From NCBI GenBank assembly GCA_010093995.1, contig ML992542.1:1-39319 (forward strand): a DNA stretch of 39,319 bases. The letters run 5' to 3'. The position numbers and the translations under genes are program-made. The notes under the pieces are model-generated. The model saw nothing but the letters and a program-made list of their open reading frames with translations. It searched no databases and was not told where the DNA came from. The stretch is from Elsinoe ampelina (Eukaryota). The stretch's first letter is position 1. The number at the start of each line of letters is the position of its first letter. This document shows positions 1 to 12,100 of the stretch, one piece after another.

Positions 1-37
1 TGCATGGTGCATGGTGCATGGTGCATGGTGCATGGTG
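1..37. repeat. Tandem heptamer repeat (TGCATGG)x5, possibly truncated by the window edge
   Basis: Sequence reads tgcatgg five times followed by tg. Confidence 0.9.
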
Positions 38-229
38 TACGAGGATAGATCGGGGGGTTATGAGTAATGAATGTCAACATTATCACGCACAGAGCCCGTG
101 GCAAGACATCTCCTGAGTCACTGAAATGCGTGCTCAATCTGGTAGTTCTACAAGGTAAATGACTACCAGCTAGCCAGGGCAATAATTGGAACATCAGTCC
201 CGGGACGAATGGCTCTGGTAGTTTACCTC

Positions 230-1388
230 TCAATGCGTGCCTTTCTTGCCAGCACTCCTGCCAGCCAAGATCCACGGCCGTCGCTCCCAGAAACCGTCTT
301 TGATGATGTCCACGTGCTCGGCCACGAGCGTGGCCTTGAGCTTACGCTTCCTTTCTTTGTCCAGCTGCGTCTTTGAGGGTGGGGCTGTGGTGGATGTGCT
401 GGTAGTATTGGTCGGTGGGCTGGTAGTGCTGCTGTCCGGGCTGGTAGTACCTGCATTCCGGCTGGTGGTTTCGGCCGAGGATCTGGAGGTGCCCTCAAGA
501 GGGTTGGTAGTGCTTGACGAGCCGGTAGTGTCCGAAAGCTGGTTGGGATTAGTCTTGATGTGGTAGGAGCATTGTCGTGGGAGTGCTCACGTCTCGATAG
601 ATCACCGTCCCCTTTTTGTACACTTCTGGCTCGTTGTTGTAGTTGATCCCGAAACGGGAGAAGAGGATCTCGTTCTTGTCCGCTGAGAATGTACCCTGTT
701 ACGGTCAATTAGTTTGTCTGTGGAGGGGATAGTGTATTGTGTCACCTTCAGCTCAAGCTCGGCGTCCGTGGGGCTCTGACCTCCTTGATTGACCATGGCC
801 CAGAATGTGGTGTTGTAGAGATTGTTGACGTGGCAATCTGCTTGTCTCCAGGAGAGATAGTCCCGCATGGTCTTGATGTTGGGATAGAGCACGTGGCGTC
901 CGTCGAAGGTGGGATAGGGTTCCGTCAGAGGTTCGTCGGGGAAGAACTTGGGCCATTGGAGAGCGTATTGTACGGAGAAAGTGGAGACAATGGTGGTCAC
1001 TAGTTTCCTGAGAGATGTGAGGTTGGGAAGTAGGGGCAGCCGGCATGGGTGCTTACTGTGCGCGGCGTTCGAAGAGCTGGGTATCTTTGTGGAAGACGAA
1101 GCTAGAGGATCATCAGCAAGCACAACAATATCATTTTGAGAGATAAAGCGACCTGTACTCATCACTCTGGCCATAAGCGACTACGATATCGACAAGGCTT
1201 CGCATCGTTTCGAGTGCTGCCGAATTCATGAGGTCGATTGCCCGCTTGTCATTTGGTTTGACAAAGTTGTAGCGTTTGGTAAATTTGCTGAAACCCCTGC
1301 CATCGAGTCTGACTACTATCCATGTATCTGGTAGTAGCACGTCGGTCTGCTCGAAGAAGCGAGTGTACTCAAACTCGCTGTTGGCCAT
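230..1388 (-). CDS. THG1: tRNA(His) guanylyltransferase; exons 1388-1153, 1101-1057, 1007-746, 695-591, 538-230 (318 aa)
   Basis: Thg1 motifs [94 protein letters not shown]. Four GT-AG introns join the ORF-track fragments in frame. Confidence 0.93.
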
Positions 1389-1859
1389 TGTTACTACCAG
1401 GTCGCCAGCTGTATCGATGTTTCCGGGTCGCTGATCTCAACCCGAGAGCCCAAGAAATAGAAGATGTTGTCGAAAGGCAATGGAGCTGGTAGTACCTTTG
1501 GGTCTGCCTACCAGGTGTGACTAAGAAGCTGCAAACTTTGAAGCCGGCTATTGCAAAGGTCTCCGTTCCTTCAATGCATACCGTCTGGTGCCTGGAGCCA
1601 GCATGTCTCCGTGAAGGACTATACTTGAGGAGCCGCCGCTGATGCTGTTGGCTACGGACTGGTCAGCAGAGCCGACACCTGCCGTGCCTGATCAATAGAT
1701 GGAGACACATCTGAGGTGTAGGGGAGGGGAGGTGGTGGAGATCAAAGTGCGGGCCAAGTTGACCCCGCACCGCCATCGACGTCGAACCATGTCCATTTCC
1801 CAATTCCCAATTCGCGTCCAACACTCTTCCTCCTCCGTCATTCGCGTACAGAACCAAAT

Positions 1860-3082
1860 ATGTCCACCAAGCAGGATCCTCTATCAATGGTCGACACAAG
1901 CACAGTTCTGTCACTCTTGTCTACGATGGTCATACTGGTTTCTGCCTTTGTGACCTCACTCGTCGCTCTCGAGCCAACCACATCGGACAAGATTCGCTTC
2001 CTCTTCGTGTGGCACGCCTTTGACGCGCTCATACATTTCTGCCTGGAGGGTTCATATCTTCTCAACTGCTTCTTCGCCTATGTTGACACCAGTGTCACGA
2101 AAGGCCTAGGCTACAATGGCACGGGGGTGTCGGAGTTCCTTGCCCCAGGCGTTCACTTTCTGAACAAACCAAATCGACTCTACGGGGCATTCTACGGAAA
2201 CACCCCTTTTGCTGCGCTTTGGCAGGAATACGCAAAGGCGGACAAGCGATGGGGAGGCAGCGATCTCACTGTCATAAGCCTGGAACTATTGACTGTGCTT
2301 GTCATGGGCCCAATCGCCGTCTGGGTGTGCGTCTGCTTAAGCCGACGAAAGCCTGGCACCAAAGGAGGAAGCGAATGGTTCTGGATGATTGTTCTTGCAA
2401 CGTCGGAATTGTATGGAGGTGAGTGATCATGTTCCTTTCGTGCAGGATAGATCTGGTGACCATCGTGACCGGCGGGCATTTCGTTTTAACGGCAGTATTG
2501 CACACAAGAGGGGCTTAACAGGCCCTCCGATCTCCGCAATTTAGTCGTATCGATCGCGAAGCATCTTAGACGTTCACAAGATCTCTGCTTGTCGATATGG
2601 TGGCTCAAAGAAATGCGGAGAACAATCGTAACGGCGAGGCCAGACTCTGGTGTACTGTTGGAAACTGGGGCCGTCCGATATTCGATCCTTTTCTAATCAA
2701 TAAATGTCAAATTGCTGACTGGTCGGCTACACAGGCTTCATGACATTTGCGCCCGAGTGGCTGAGTGGCTCACCTAATCTGGATACCTCGAACTTCCTCT
2801 ACACGTAAGTCTGCACTTTCCAATCTGGTTATGTATGCTACGGCTGGACCTATCACCCCACGTAGCTCCGGCATGTGCCATTTACACCACGAGTCCGACA
2901 TTCCCATGTTGGAAATCCCATGCTGCAGAATGAGGCTGATGGCGATCAACAGTTGGGTCTACCTGTTTTTCTTCAATACCCTCTGGGTCTGGATCCCCTT
3001 GTGGATCTTGTATGAGGCCTATACTGTCATCACGGGTTCTCTCTCGGACTCCGCGGCCTTGGGGACGAAGAAGTCGCAGTAG
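1860..3082 (+). CDS. Emopamil-binding protein (EBP/EXPERA) family membrane protein, sterol isomerase-like; exons 1860-2418, 2735-2804, 2953-3082 (252 aa)
   Basis: Motifs WHAFDALIHFCLEGSY, LWQEYAKADKRW, ELYGGFMTFAPEWL, WVYLFFFNTLWVWIP; hydrophobic helices. Introns GTGAGT..CAG (2419-2734) and GTAAGT..CAG (2805-2952) keep the frame. Confidence 0.88.
2438..2627 (+). ncRNA. Candidate intronic box H/ACA snoRNA
   Basis: Hairpin 1 closed by GTGCAG(2440)/TTGCAC(2503); box H ACAAGA (ANANNA) at 2504-2509; hairpin 2 closed by TCTCCGCA(2531)/TGCGGAGA(2621); ACA at 2622-2624. Lies in a 316-nt intron, whereas most introns here are 45-80 nt. Target not identified. Confidence 0.6.
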
Positions 3083-4576
3083 TATGTCATTCCCTGACGC
3101 CACACCAGCCAAACGTACGGGGGCCAACCAGAAGCGCACCTGTCCAGCACTAGTACCATGGTTTGCCCAACGAGTGCCTCGTATGTTCGGGGCCGGCAAG
3201 GGTCCGGAATTCGCATGACTGATCTACAGAGGATGTACGCGACCATGTCTCGGAAATGGGGGCCATGCATTCGACATGCGAGCGACCGTTTGTGGGCGCC
3301 TCAGGGCGAAGCATTTCAGATGCCAAGCAGGCGTGGGAATGAGATTGCATTTTCCAGATCCATCTGCCTTGCTCGGAAGCATCAGCGCCAATCCTTGACG
3401 AATATGCCAGCACAAGAAACCGACACTTGTCCGATCCCAATGGCAGCACCGCCGTTCCATAGAAGTATTTTGACAGCCACAAATGAATGCATACAGCATT
3501 ACGGCCGAGTCTCGAGAATGGTCCAGGCTGTCGGCCCGCGACGTTCAACATTAACGGTTGGACAATTCCAGAAAGCTCGCCAATGAGGTGCCTTGCGCAA
3601 AAATTCTTTTCGAGGTCAGGGACTCATTCATGAGGTAGGCTTCTGCGACGGCCTGTATCCGCTTGGAACTGCTTGGAATGACCGCCGTCTACCGAGACAT
3701 TGGCCAGACTCCAGCGGCTCTTACGTGGAACTGTGAATCTCGTCATGCAGATGACAGATCGTGAAATAGGGTAATGGTCCGGCATCTGACCCTAGCTCAC
3801 TCGATATCAGCAGCCAAAGTGGGTATGCACGCCATCCACTTGCAACACCGACCTATTTCTCTCGCCTTTGGTACACCATATGACTATCACGCGCTGACCC
3901 AGCAAGCGAAATCGACCGAACAACGGCTTCCAGTCAGGATAATCCAGGATTGCAAATCAAATTATAGATTTGGTCTCCAACGGTCGGCAACTTTATGGAT
4001 TTGTATGCAGGTCCCATGCAGAGAACATGTGGTCCAGCAGCGCATGCATGCATGCATGTTCAACGGTCTGATACATCAACGTTTGTCCGCCAACGCTTCA
4101 ACTATTGAAAGACAGGCAAGCCTCACCTTTCCATTTTCCATGTCATGAGCCGAATCTGAATCAATTATGAGCTTGTTCACAACAAACGTACTCCAGACCT
4201 GCCGTAGTTCTGCGATCGCGAGACTCCGATGAGATGGTACCTAGTAAACGGTCAGGCCAGACTTCTATACCTGGCCGTCGTCAGCAGATTCGCGTCGCCA
4301 CAGGCCGGTAGGATTTAATATACCTTCATCTCCAGTCCTCAACTTTCACTTCTTCACAACAATCAACAAACACCGCCAGCACGAACGGACTCGATACCAC
4401 AGCACAGCAACACAGGTTGCCTAGTCTACTGTGATATCTCCCGTCTCATCATCTCTCGACCTCCACTTCTTCTCCAATCCAGACCGCCCATCTTATCGAC
4501 CAAACCACCCTGCTTATCGACCAAGACACCAACCGAACCATCAATCGACAAGCAAACCCACCCCAACATCGCCACC

Positions 4577-5290
4577 ATGTCCATCACCAGCCTCTACAGC
4601 AACTCCTCCAGCGGCTCCTCCCGCAAATCCTCCCTCGACCGCCCCGCCATCGGCGCCCGCAAACTCTCCATCGAGCTCCTCCCCAACCAATCCATCTTCC
4701 GGGAAACCTTCATCGGCCACGCCATCCCGACCCTGACCTCCCCGACCCGCTCCCCAGTCTCCGAAACCCCCCCATCCCCCACCGACTCCCTCTCCCCCTC
4801 CAACCCCACCTGCACCGCCTGCGCCGCCCTCACCTCCTCCCCCAGCCTCCGCCACCCCTCCTCCCCGTCAGCAAGCTACAAGCGCCACGCCGTCATCCTC
4901 CCCACCCGCCACCACGGCGCAAACTGCCGCATGCCCGCACAAACGCGCAACCCCCCCGCACTGCCCCCCATCGGCGAAGACTGCCTCATGGAATGGGAGC
5001 GCAAAGGCAGCATGGCCATCGCGATCAACACGCCCAGCCCTTCGTCGTCGCGCAACTCGACCCCGCTGTCGAGCCCGGCGTACGCGGTGCGGAGCGGGGA
5101 TTACTTCGCCAACGCGGCGCTGGGGAGCAGGTTCAGCGTCGACACGGTGGCCGAGGGGTTCGTGGTGGGGTCCGTGCCGAGCCCGAAGCTGGGGGCCAGG
5201 GGGAGTCCCAGGGTGGGCTCGTCGGTGGGCAGGCCGGGGACGCCGGTGACGCCGACGAAGGATTATAGGAGCTTTTTGAGGATGTTGTAG
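4577..5290 (+). CDS. Hypothetical Ser/Pro-rich low-complexity protein (237 aa)
   Basis: Intact ORF with strong start context (caccATG) and strong third-position C/G bias; no recognisable domain. Confidence 0.65.
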   Translation: MSITSLYSNSSSGSSRKSSLDRPAIGARKLSIELLPNQSIFRETFIGHAIPTLTSPTRSPVSETPPSPTDSLSPSNPTCTACAALTSSPSLRHPSSPSASYKRHAVILPTRHHGANCRMPAQTRNPPALPPIGEDCLMEWERKGSMAIAINTPSPSSSRNSTPLSSPAYAVRSGDYFANAALGSRFSVDTVAEGFVVGSVPSPKLGARGSPRVGSSVGRPGTPVTPTKDYRSFLRML

Positions 5291-5680
5291 GCTCGGTCTG
5301 GCGCTGGGTATGTTGGGACCTTGGGCGGGTTTGGGAGCGTGGCGTTCGGGTTTGGGTGGGGAGGGGATTCGACACTATCTTTAATCAACTAATTACCATT
5401 TTCTGGGAAGAGGGAGGCAAGGGGAAGGAGCGTGATGACTGATACGAATCTTCTTCTTATCTCAAAAACAACAAGGCAAAAGAAAAAGTCAATTGGGGTA
5501 TCTACCGCAGATATAGAGACTAATCGTTAATTCCTTCACTCATTACCTTCTCCTCTGGGGGAAACATTACCTCTTCTCTTCTGCCTCCTCCCCCTTCTCT
5601 GCTTCGTCCCTCAACGACCCGCCTACTCTTCCCTGTTAAGCTCTGCCGACAACCATGTCGCTTCTCACGAGTGGAGCACA

Positions 5681-8583
5681 TCAATACCCAACCACCCTCC
5701 CGTAATTCCCCGGGAACAGCCCCCTCCTCCCCGCGTACACCCCCCAGAACCAATCACCATTGATATCCTCCGCCTCCCTCACCTCCGCGTTCTTGGGGAA
5801 CGCCAGCTCATCCTCGACTCCTTCGGCGGGAAAGTAGCTCCACAGCGCCTGCACCCTCAACCCCACGCCACCATCGGGAGGCAGCGCAGTCAGACCCAGT
5901 CCCTGAGCCGGAACCGCGGTGGAGGCCAACAAAGGGGAGGTCTGCACGTTGATCACTCCCTCGGTGGCGTGGGCGAAGGGCACCGATCCCTCGCGGCCGT
6001 CGGACTCGCGCCAGCGCCAGGCTTCACGGGCCTTGTCCGCTGCGTCCCGGGCGTTTGCTGCTGCTTTGGCAGGGTTGTGTTCGTCCTTGAGCGCCCAGCC
6101 GCCGACGAGGTCGCGGAGGATCACGCGGCGAAGACCTCGTTCGCGTTCTTCGAAGCCGATGACGACCATCCTGTGGCCTTTCAGGCAGCGGCGCCAGCCT
6201 TTGGGCCCGTCGGCGTGGGTGATCTTGCCGGTGGAGGAGAGGGAGTTGTAGCATGACGAGCAGATGTCGTAGTCGCCTTCGCTGCAGGTGAAGCAGTGGT
6301 AGCGTGGTGCTGAGGAGGGGATGGGGCGGTGGCAGATGTCGCACTCGCAGGGGAGGAGGAGTGGGGCGTAGGCTTCGGGGTTGGGGATGTGGGGGAGGTA
6401 TTTGGTGCGGAGGCGTAGGAGGGAGGGGATGCGGACGATTTCGTTCATGGCAGAGATGGGGCCGGGAGAAGGAGAAGTGGTGGTGGAGAGCTTGATGGTC
6501 GTAGAGATGTGGGAGAAGTTGGCACTGGTTTCGGCCGGCGGAGTGGCGGCTGGAGGTGAGGGTGGGTGTGGAGATTCCGTGTCTAAGCAGAGCAGGGACT
6601 TGAGTGCCATGGCTTCTAATGGATGCGTGCAGTGGTGGCCTCGGGATGCACAGGTTTGACAGTAACCCCAAGCACCATCGAGACAGGTCTCGCAATGCCA
6701 GTAACAGGCATTCGAATTTGAAAAGCAGGAGTCGCAGAACAGCCCAGTCTCGAGATTGGATGGGATGGCCGGATCTTGACTATGGCCGTTTTCAAGTTGC
6801 GACGATCCATTCCTGCTGTCTTTATATCGACGAGCCGTCAAGACGTGTGGTAATTCGGCGTTGGCTGGCCACTCAGATCGGTGGAAGCGGATCGAGGCAG
6901 CATAACCGAATCCAAACCAGTAGCGGCAACCTCGACCTGCTCTATAGCAGCTTAGACAGATGTTGAAGGCACCAGAGTCGCACTTTGTGCAATTGTAATG
7001 CAATGAAAATTGTATGTCGTGTTTCTGACATCGGGAGCATGATATTGCCGGTGGTGGTCGAGGGGGCGCGAGAATGGTCGACGATCGTGGTGGCCGGTGA
7101 TGTGCTGTCGTTGAGACTTCTGTCTGGCTTGACGTAGGATCAGATGCTGATGTGTGTCGTAAATGTCTTGTTGGTGGAGGATTGAGAGCTGCCTCATTGC
7201 CCTGTGCTGGTGACGAGGTTGGAGCCATCCGAGGCGAGGACTGATCTAGCGATCTTTGTGGGGACTGCGAGCGTCTTGGTGGATCTGCGGTGAGTGGTGT
7301 GGTGGACAAGGCTGAGTGCTCACGAGAACTTGCACGTTCTCTTCTAGTCCTCACCTGCAGCGTTTGTCCTTCAGGGTCGGTGTTGGTACGGCTACTGTGA
7401 GACGCACGTCGGCGACGCTCTCTTGTGTCTGAGCCGGAGGTGCTGGACAGGTCAGTTGTGGAACGACTGGCAGCCTGTGTGGTCGAGCGTGGAGGTGTGT
7501 CATTGGTGGCGGTAGATCTCTGGCTTCGGTGGCTCCCTCCACTTGATGATCTGTTCCTCTGTCGCCTGTCATTCTCAGCGGCGACTCCCAACAGATGCGG
7601 CCTCGACAAAGGCGGGCGGTCGTGGTGGGAGCGCTCAGCATTGCGCTGAGCGCTTCGTGACCGCGGGCGGTCACCATGCCGTCTATGTCCCGAAGCTGGT
7701 CTTGGGGATTGATCAGTCCTTCGCGTGCTCGAGGATCGGGAAGAGTTCTGTCCTTGCCGCCTTTGAAGTGCTTGAGCAATTCTCTCAATGACTTCTTCCT
7801 CTTGGGCCGGGGTCATGTTACTCAAATCCACCCCATCTAGTAGGCCGTCGTGAGCGATCTGGCGCATAATGTCCTCCCTGATATCCTCATCATCGATGTC
7901 GGAAGCGGAAAGAAGGGATCGCAAGCTAGATTGATGCTCGACCTGGCGGCGTTGAGCCGTGGTGCGTGACGGCTGCTGGACTCGTGCTAGGTCTGCCGGG
8001 GGATGTGCAGCAGTCCGTATAGCCTCCTCATGTCTTCGTCGTGCTCTAGTATTGTGCGCTGATCTCTCTGCTCTCCTGCGCGTCCTCTCTGGATCGACAT
8101 CTCTCAGGCTGAGATATCTTGCTTGCTCCAGCTCTCGCTCGTCATCAGAGTCCTCCGACTCGGTTTCGACATCGACTGGTGGGGTGACATTGTCGCCAGG
8201 CTTATATGTCTTTGCGATCTCGTCCTTGTCTTCCTGACTCTTTGACTTTTCTGGATGTACTCGAATCAAGTGCTCCAGCAGGGTGGTGACTGTCGCATTC
8301 GGTCTCGTGCCACGTACGGCCGCTCTACAGGATGGACAAGTATATGGTGATGAGGTGGTGGCTTTTGATGCCTGCCAGGCGAACCATTCACGCAGACATG
8401 ATCCACAGCAAGTGTGCAAGCAGTCCAGGACTGTCAGCGGCTGATACAAGACATCGGTGCATATCTGCAGGCATGTTAGTGGGGCGTGTCGTTGGAGGGG
8501 GCTGCGGGGATTGAGTCCAAGCATACCGGGCATGTCAACTCCTTCTCGAGATCCAGCAGGCCCTCACCCTGCCCATCAGGCAT
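5681..8583 (-). CDS. RING finger + three ZZ-like zinc fingers + C-terminal SH3 protein, putative E3 ubiquitin ligase; exons 8583-8527, 8464-5681 (946 aa)
   Basis: Spliced N-terminus MPDGQGEGLLDLEKELTCP|ICTDVLYQPLTVLDCLHTCCGSC...CPSCR (RING). Three CxxC..CxxC..CxxC ZZ-like units. SH3 ALWSYFP..DELAFPKNAEV..GDWFWG..GLFPGNY. Intron GTATGC..CTAAC..CAG at 8526-8465. Confidence 0.88.
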
Positions 8584-9129
8584 GTTTGAGGATGGTTGTC
8601 GGGCTAGTCGAGGAGCCTCTCATAAAAGTAAGCAGTAATACACTCGAGTGATCGACATTTGACGCGCTGCGGGGCGCTGGACCAAGGGGACCTGACGGGG
8701 ATTCAATGGGGGCGATGGGGCCTTTTGACGGGGACCTGACCCGGTTTTTGATCACTCGCATCCTGGGCAATCTTGGGCAATCTTGGTTCGCCTGACCACC
8801 TCACCTGCACGACACCTTGAATCATCTGAACAAATGGCATACCTGGCCGTATCATCCGGGACAAGCGATGTACATTCACCGTGCTGCACGCCAGACCCTG
8901 CTCGCGTACATGGTGTCGAAACCGACTCCAGACGCTATTAATGGTGGCCAATCAATCACATTCATCACATGCGCCACATTGGATGCATGAAGATCATGTA
9001 TCTCAGCCGTGGCGTCTGCGATAGGGACTCCGTGTTTCTCCCTTTCGCGTTGCGCGACGTGTGAGGTCCAAGCGATATTTCCTCTCATCTCTCGTACCCT
9101 TCCTGTTCCTTTACACACGATGGCTAACC

Positions 9130-12100
9130 ATGGAGGAAACGACCGACAAGCAGAAGTACACTGTTGGTTGGATATGTGCTCTGCACAACGAATACTTCGC
9201 CGCTCGCGCTTTCCTCGATGAGAGGCATCCATCGCTCGATGCCACGTCGCATGCCGATAACAACGACTACACTCTCGGTCGAATCGGCAAGCATAATGTG
9301 GTCATAGCCGTCTGTCCAGATGGTGGTTACGGAAATACCTCAGCCGCACATGTGGCACGTGATCTGGTGCACACCTTTCAGAATGTTCGTCTGGGGCTCA
9401 TGGTCGGCATAGGCGGAGGTGCGCCCTTCCCACCGGAACGGGATATACGCCTGGGAGATGTGGTAGTAAGCTCGGCTGTTGGGGGGCTCGCTGCTGTAAT
9501 CCAGTATGGCATGGGCAAAAAACGGCAGGGTGTCACCGGCCAAGAGACTTGGAGGGAGACTTTTGAGATCACGGGGCAGCTCGATCGTCCGCCAATGGCA
9601 CTGCGGACAGCAGTGAATGGTCTCAAAGTCATTCATCAAGAATCTGGCAACGGCATCTACGACAAGGTCGAAGTATTATTGAACACTTTACGGAAGCCCG
9701 TGCGAAAAGAGTACCAAAGGCCAGCCGCCGACACTGACTTGCTGATGCAAACCGACTTTGTCCACCAGGAAGACGCAAGACACGACTGCAGCATTCATGA
9801 CAAAGCTCACATCATCGTTCGCGATGATCGAGGAGTAGGGGAAGATTTGGTCGAAGTCCACTACGGTCCAATTGGTTCCGCTGACACAGTCATGAAAGAT
9901 GCCAAGCTCAGGGACGACCTTCGCAGGAGTCATGGTCTGATTTGCTTCGACATGGAAGCAGCTGGATTGATGAACCACTTTCCCTGTCTGGTCATTCGTG
10001 GCATAGCCGATTACTCAGACTCTCACAAGAATAAGCAGTGGCAGAACTACGCTGCCATGACTGCTGCAGCATACGCTAAAGAATTGCTTCTACAGCTTGT
10101 ACCACGAATGATTGAGAACCAGCCAACCATTCAAGACCTACTCAGCCTGCGTATGTATCCAACTGACCAAGCAAGATGATTTCGCTGACATATCATTAGA
10201 GACGCGTGTAGTAAACGACGTCACTGAGGTTCGAGAAGCTGCTGTCGTCACGCACCACAGGCTTGCGAAGATCGACGGAGATAGCAAACAGTCGCAATGG
10301 CTTCGATGGCTCAATCCTGCAGATCCGTCGGTCAACTACAACAAGGCCAAGGAAGATCATCATCCCGGTACTGGCCGGTGGCTGCTGGATCACCAGGCAT
10401 TCAGAACATGGTTCAGCACGCCGGGCAATTTGCTATGGTTGTACGGAGGTCCCGGTGTCGGCAAAAGTGTTCTATGCTCGGTGGTGATCGATTGGTTATT
10501 CGCATCTGACATCGACCAGAGGCGCATTGCGTACTTCTACTTCCATTTCGCAGATTCTGGAAAACAAGCACTCGAAGATGCCATTCGATCATTAATTTGG
10601 CAGCTCAGTGTAGCCTCACGAGCGAATATGGACAGCTTCGAACATTTGTGGCAGAGCTGTAAAAATGGTCAATACCAACCGTCCCTGGAAAGTCTGAATC
10701 AAACCCTCACGCAAATGCTGCAAAGCGATGGTGATTCTTGGATCGTCCTTGATGCATTAGACGAATGCCGGTCAGGGGGTGGGTCTCAAACATCCGGCGT
10801 GCTTCCTTGGATCCGATCAATTCTGCAAGCGACAGATCGTGTATACCTTCTTACGACCAGCCGCCCTACGCACGATCTACAATTCAATCGCCTTAATTTA
10901 ACATGTTCCCAGAGCATGGTCGAAGTCAGCTCGGCTCAGGTGACGCAAGATATCGATCACTTTGTGAGCAGTTATGTCAGGACTTCTGAGAGTCTGCGGA
11001 GATGGAGAGCAATACCGGTCATTCAGGAGAAAATAATCCGCACCTTGGTCGCTGGTGCCGATGGAATGTGAATTTATCACCTTCTGGACAGCATTCCGAA
11101 CGCTGACATTGTCCAGGTTCCTGTGGGCAGCTCGCCAACTTGAGGCTTTGCGACCATGCCTCGACAAAAGGTCTCTTCTGGCAGCTTTGGCTGACTTACC
11201 CAAGGACCTTTACATGACCTATGATCGAATCATCCAGAACACACCTGCGGAGCAGACAGAGCTCATGGTCAGATTACTTCAATTCCTACTGTACTCAGAG
11301 CGGCCTCTTCGCCTTGCCGAAGCGGTCGACGCCCTCGCTGTATCAACCACATCAGCCACAGAATTCGATCCGTCGGACAGAATGCCGCAACCAGCAGAAA
11401 TCACAGCTTTTGCACCTGGCCTGATAGTCGTTGCCGGAAGGGAGAACGATGGCTCAGACCATCATGATGGGAGGGAAGTCCGTCTCGCTCATCACACCGT
11501 CAGAAATTACCTCCGGACAAAGCCAAATCGGCATATCCTGCCGTTCAGCTTCGAATCGCAAACCTCACGGGCCGCCGTGGCAGATGTTTGCCTCGCCTAT
11601 CTTTGTGGCATAGACATGAGCGGAAACGTGGACGCCATTAACGAGAAGTACCCATTTGCTGGTTATAGTGCTGAATACTGGGCTAGCAACCTGAGAGGCA
11701 TCGAGGAAGTAAATGTCTCCCTCTTGTTTCGAGCAGAGAAGCTGATGACAAACCACGGACGATTCGAGAAACTCGTTCATCTACATTCACTCGACCGGAG
11801 CATCTTGCCATTTGCTACAATTGAAGAATTACCGCTTTACCACGCAGTCACAAGAGGTTTGCCGAAGCTAGTGGAGATGCTACTTATGGTTACGACCGAT
11901 ATAGATGCCGTAGCAGGACGATTGGGTAGTCCGCTTCATGCAGCAGCCTACCATGGTAACGTGGCAGTGGCACGCGTCCTGCTTGAACATGGCGCCAACG
12001 TAAACAATCCCTTCGGTTCTCTTGGCTCTGCCGTCCGCATTGCGTCCTGGCGTGGTCACCGAGAAATGGTGCAGATCCTGCTTGAGTGCGGCGCGGATGC

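Noticed and set aside
1..37. (TGCATGG)n at the window edge as a possible telomere or CRISPR repeat
   Set aside because: Not the TTAGGG-type telomere repeat, no spacers, and a eukaryotic context; it is a simple tandem repeat.
2500..2520. ACAAGAGGGGCTTA resembles the RNase MRP CR-V motif, and ATTGCAC resembles the U1A site of U1 snRNA
   Set aside because: No matching CR-I/P4 partner and no U1 5' end (ATACTTACCT); the H/ACA layout explains the region better.
3100..4430. ORFs 3158-3586 and 3774-4148, and the (ATGC)n palindrome near 4042
   Set aside because: No codon bias or domain; consistent with ordinary intergenic DNA and a short microsatellite.
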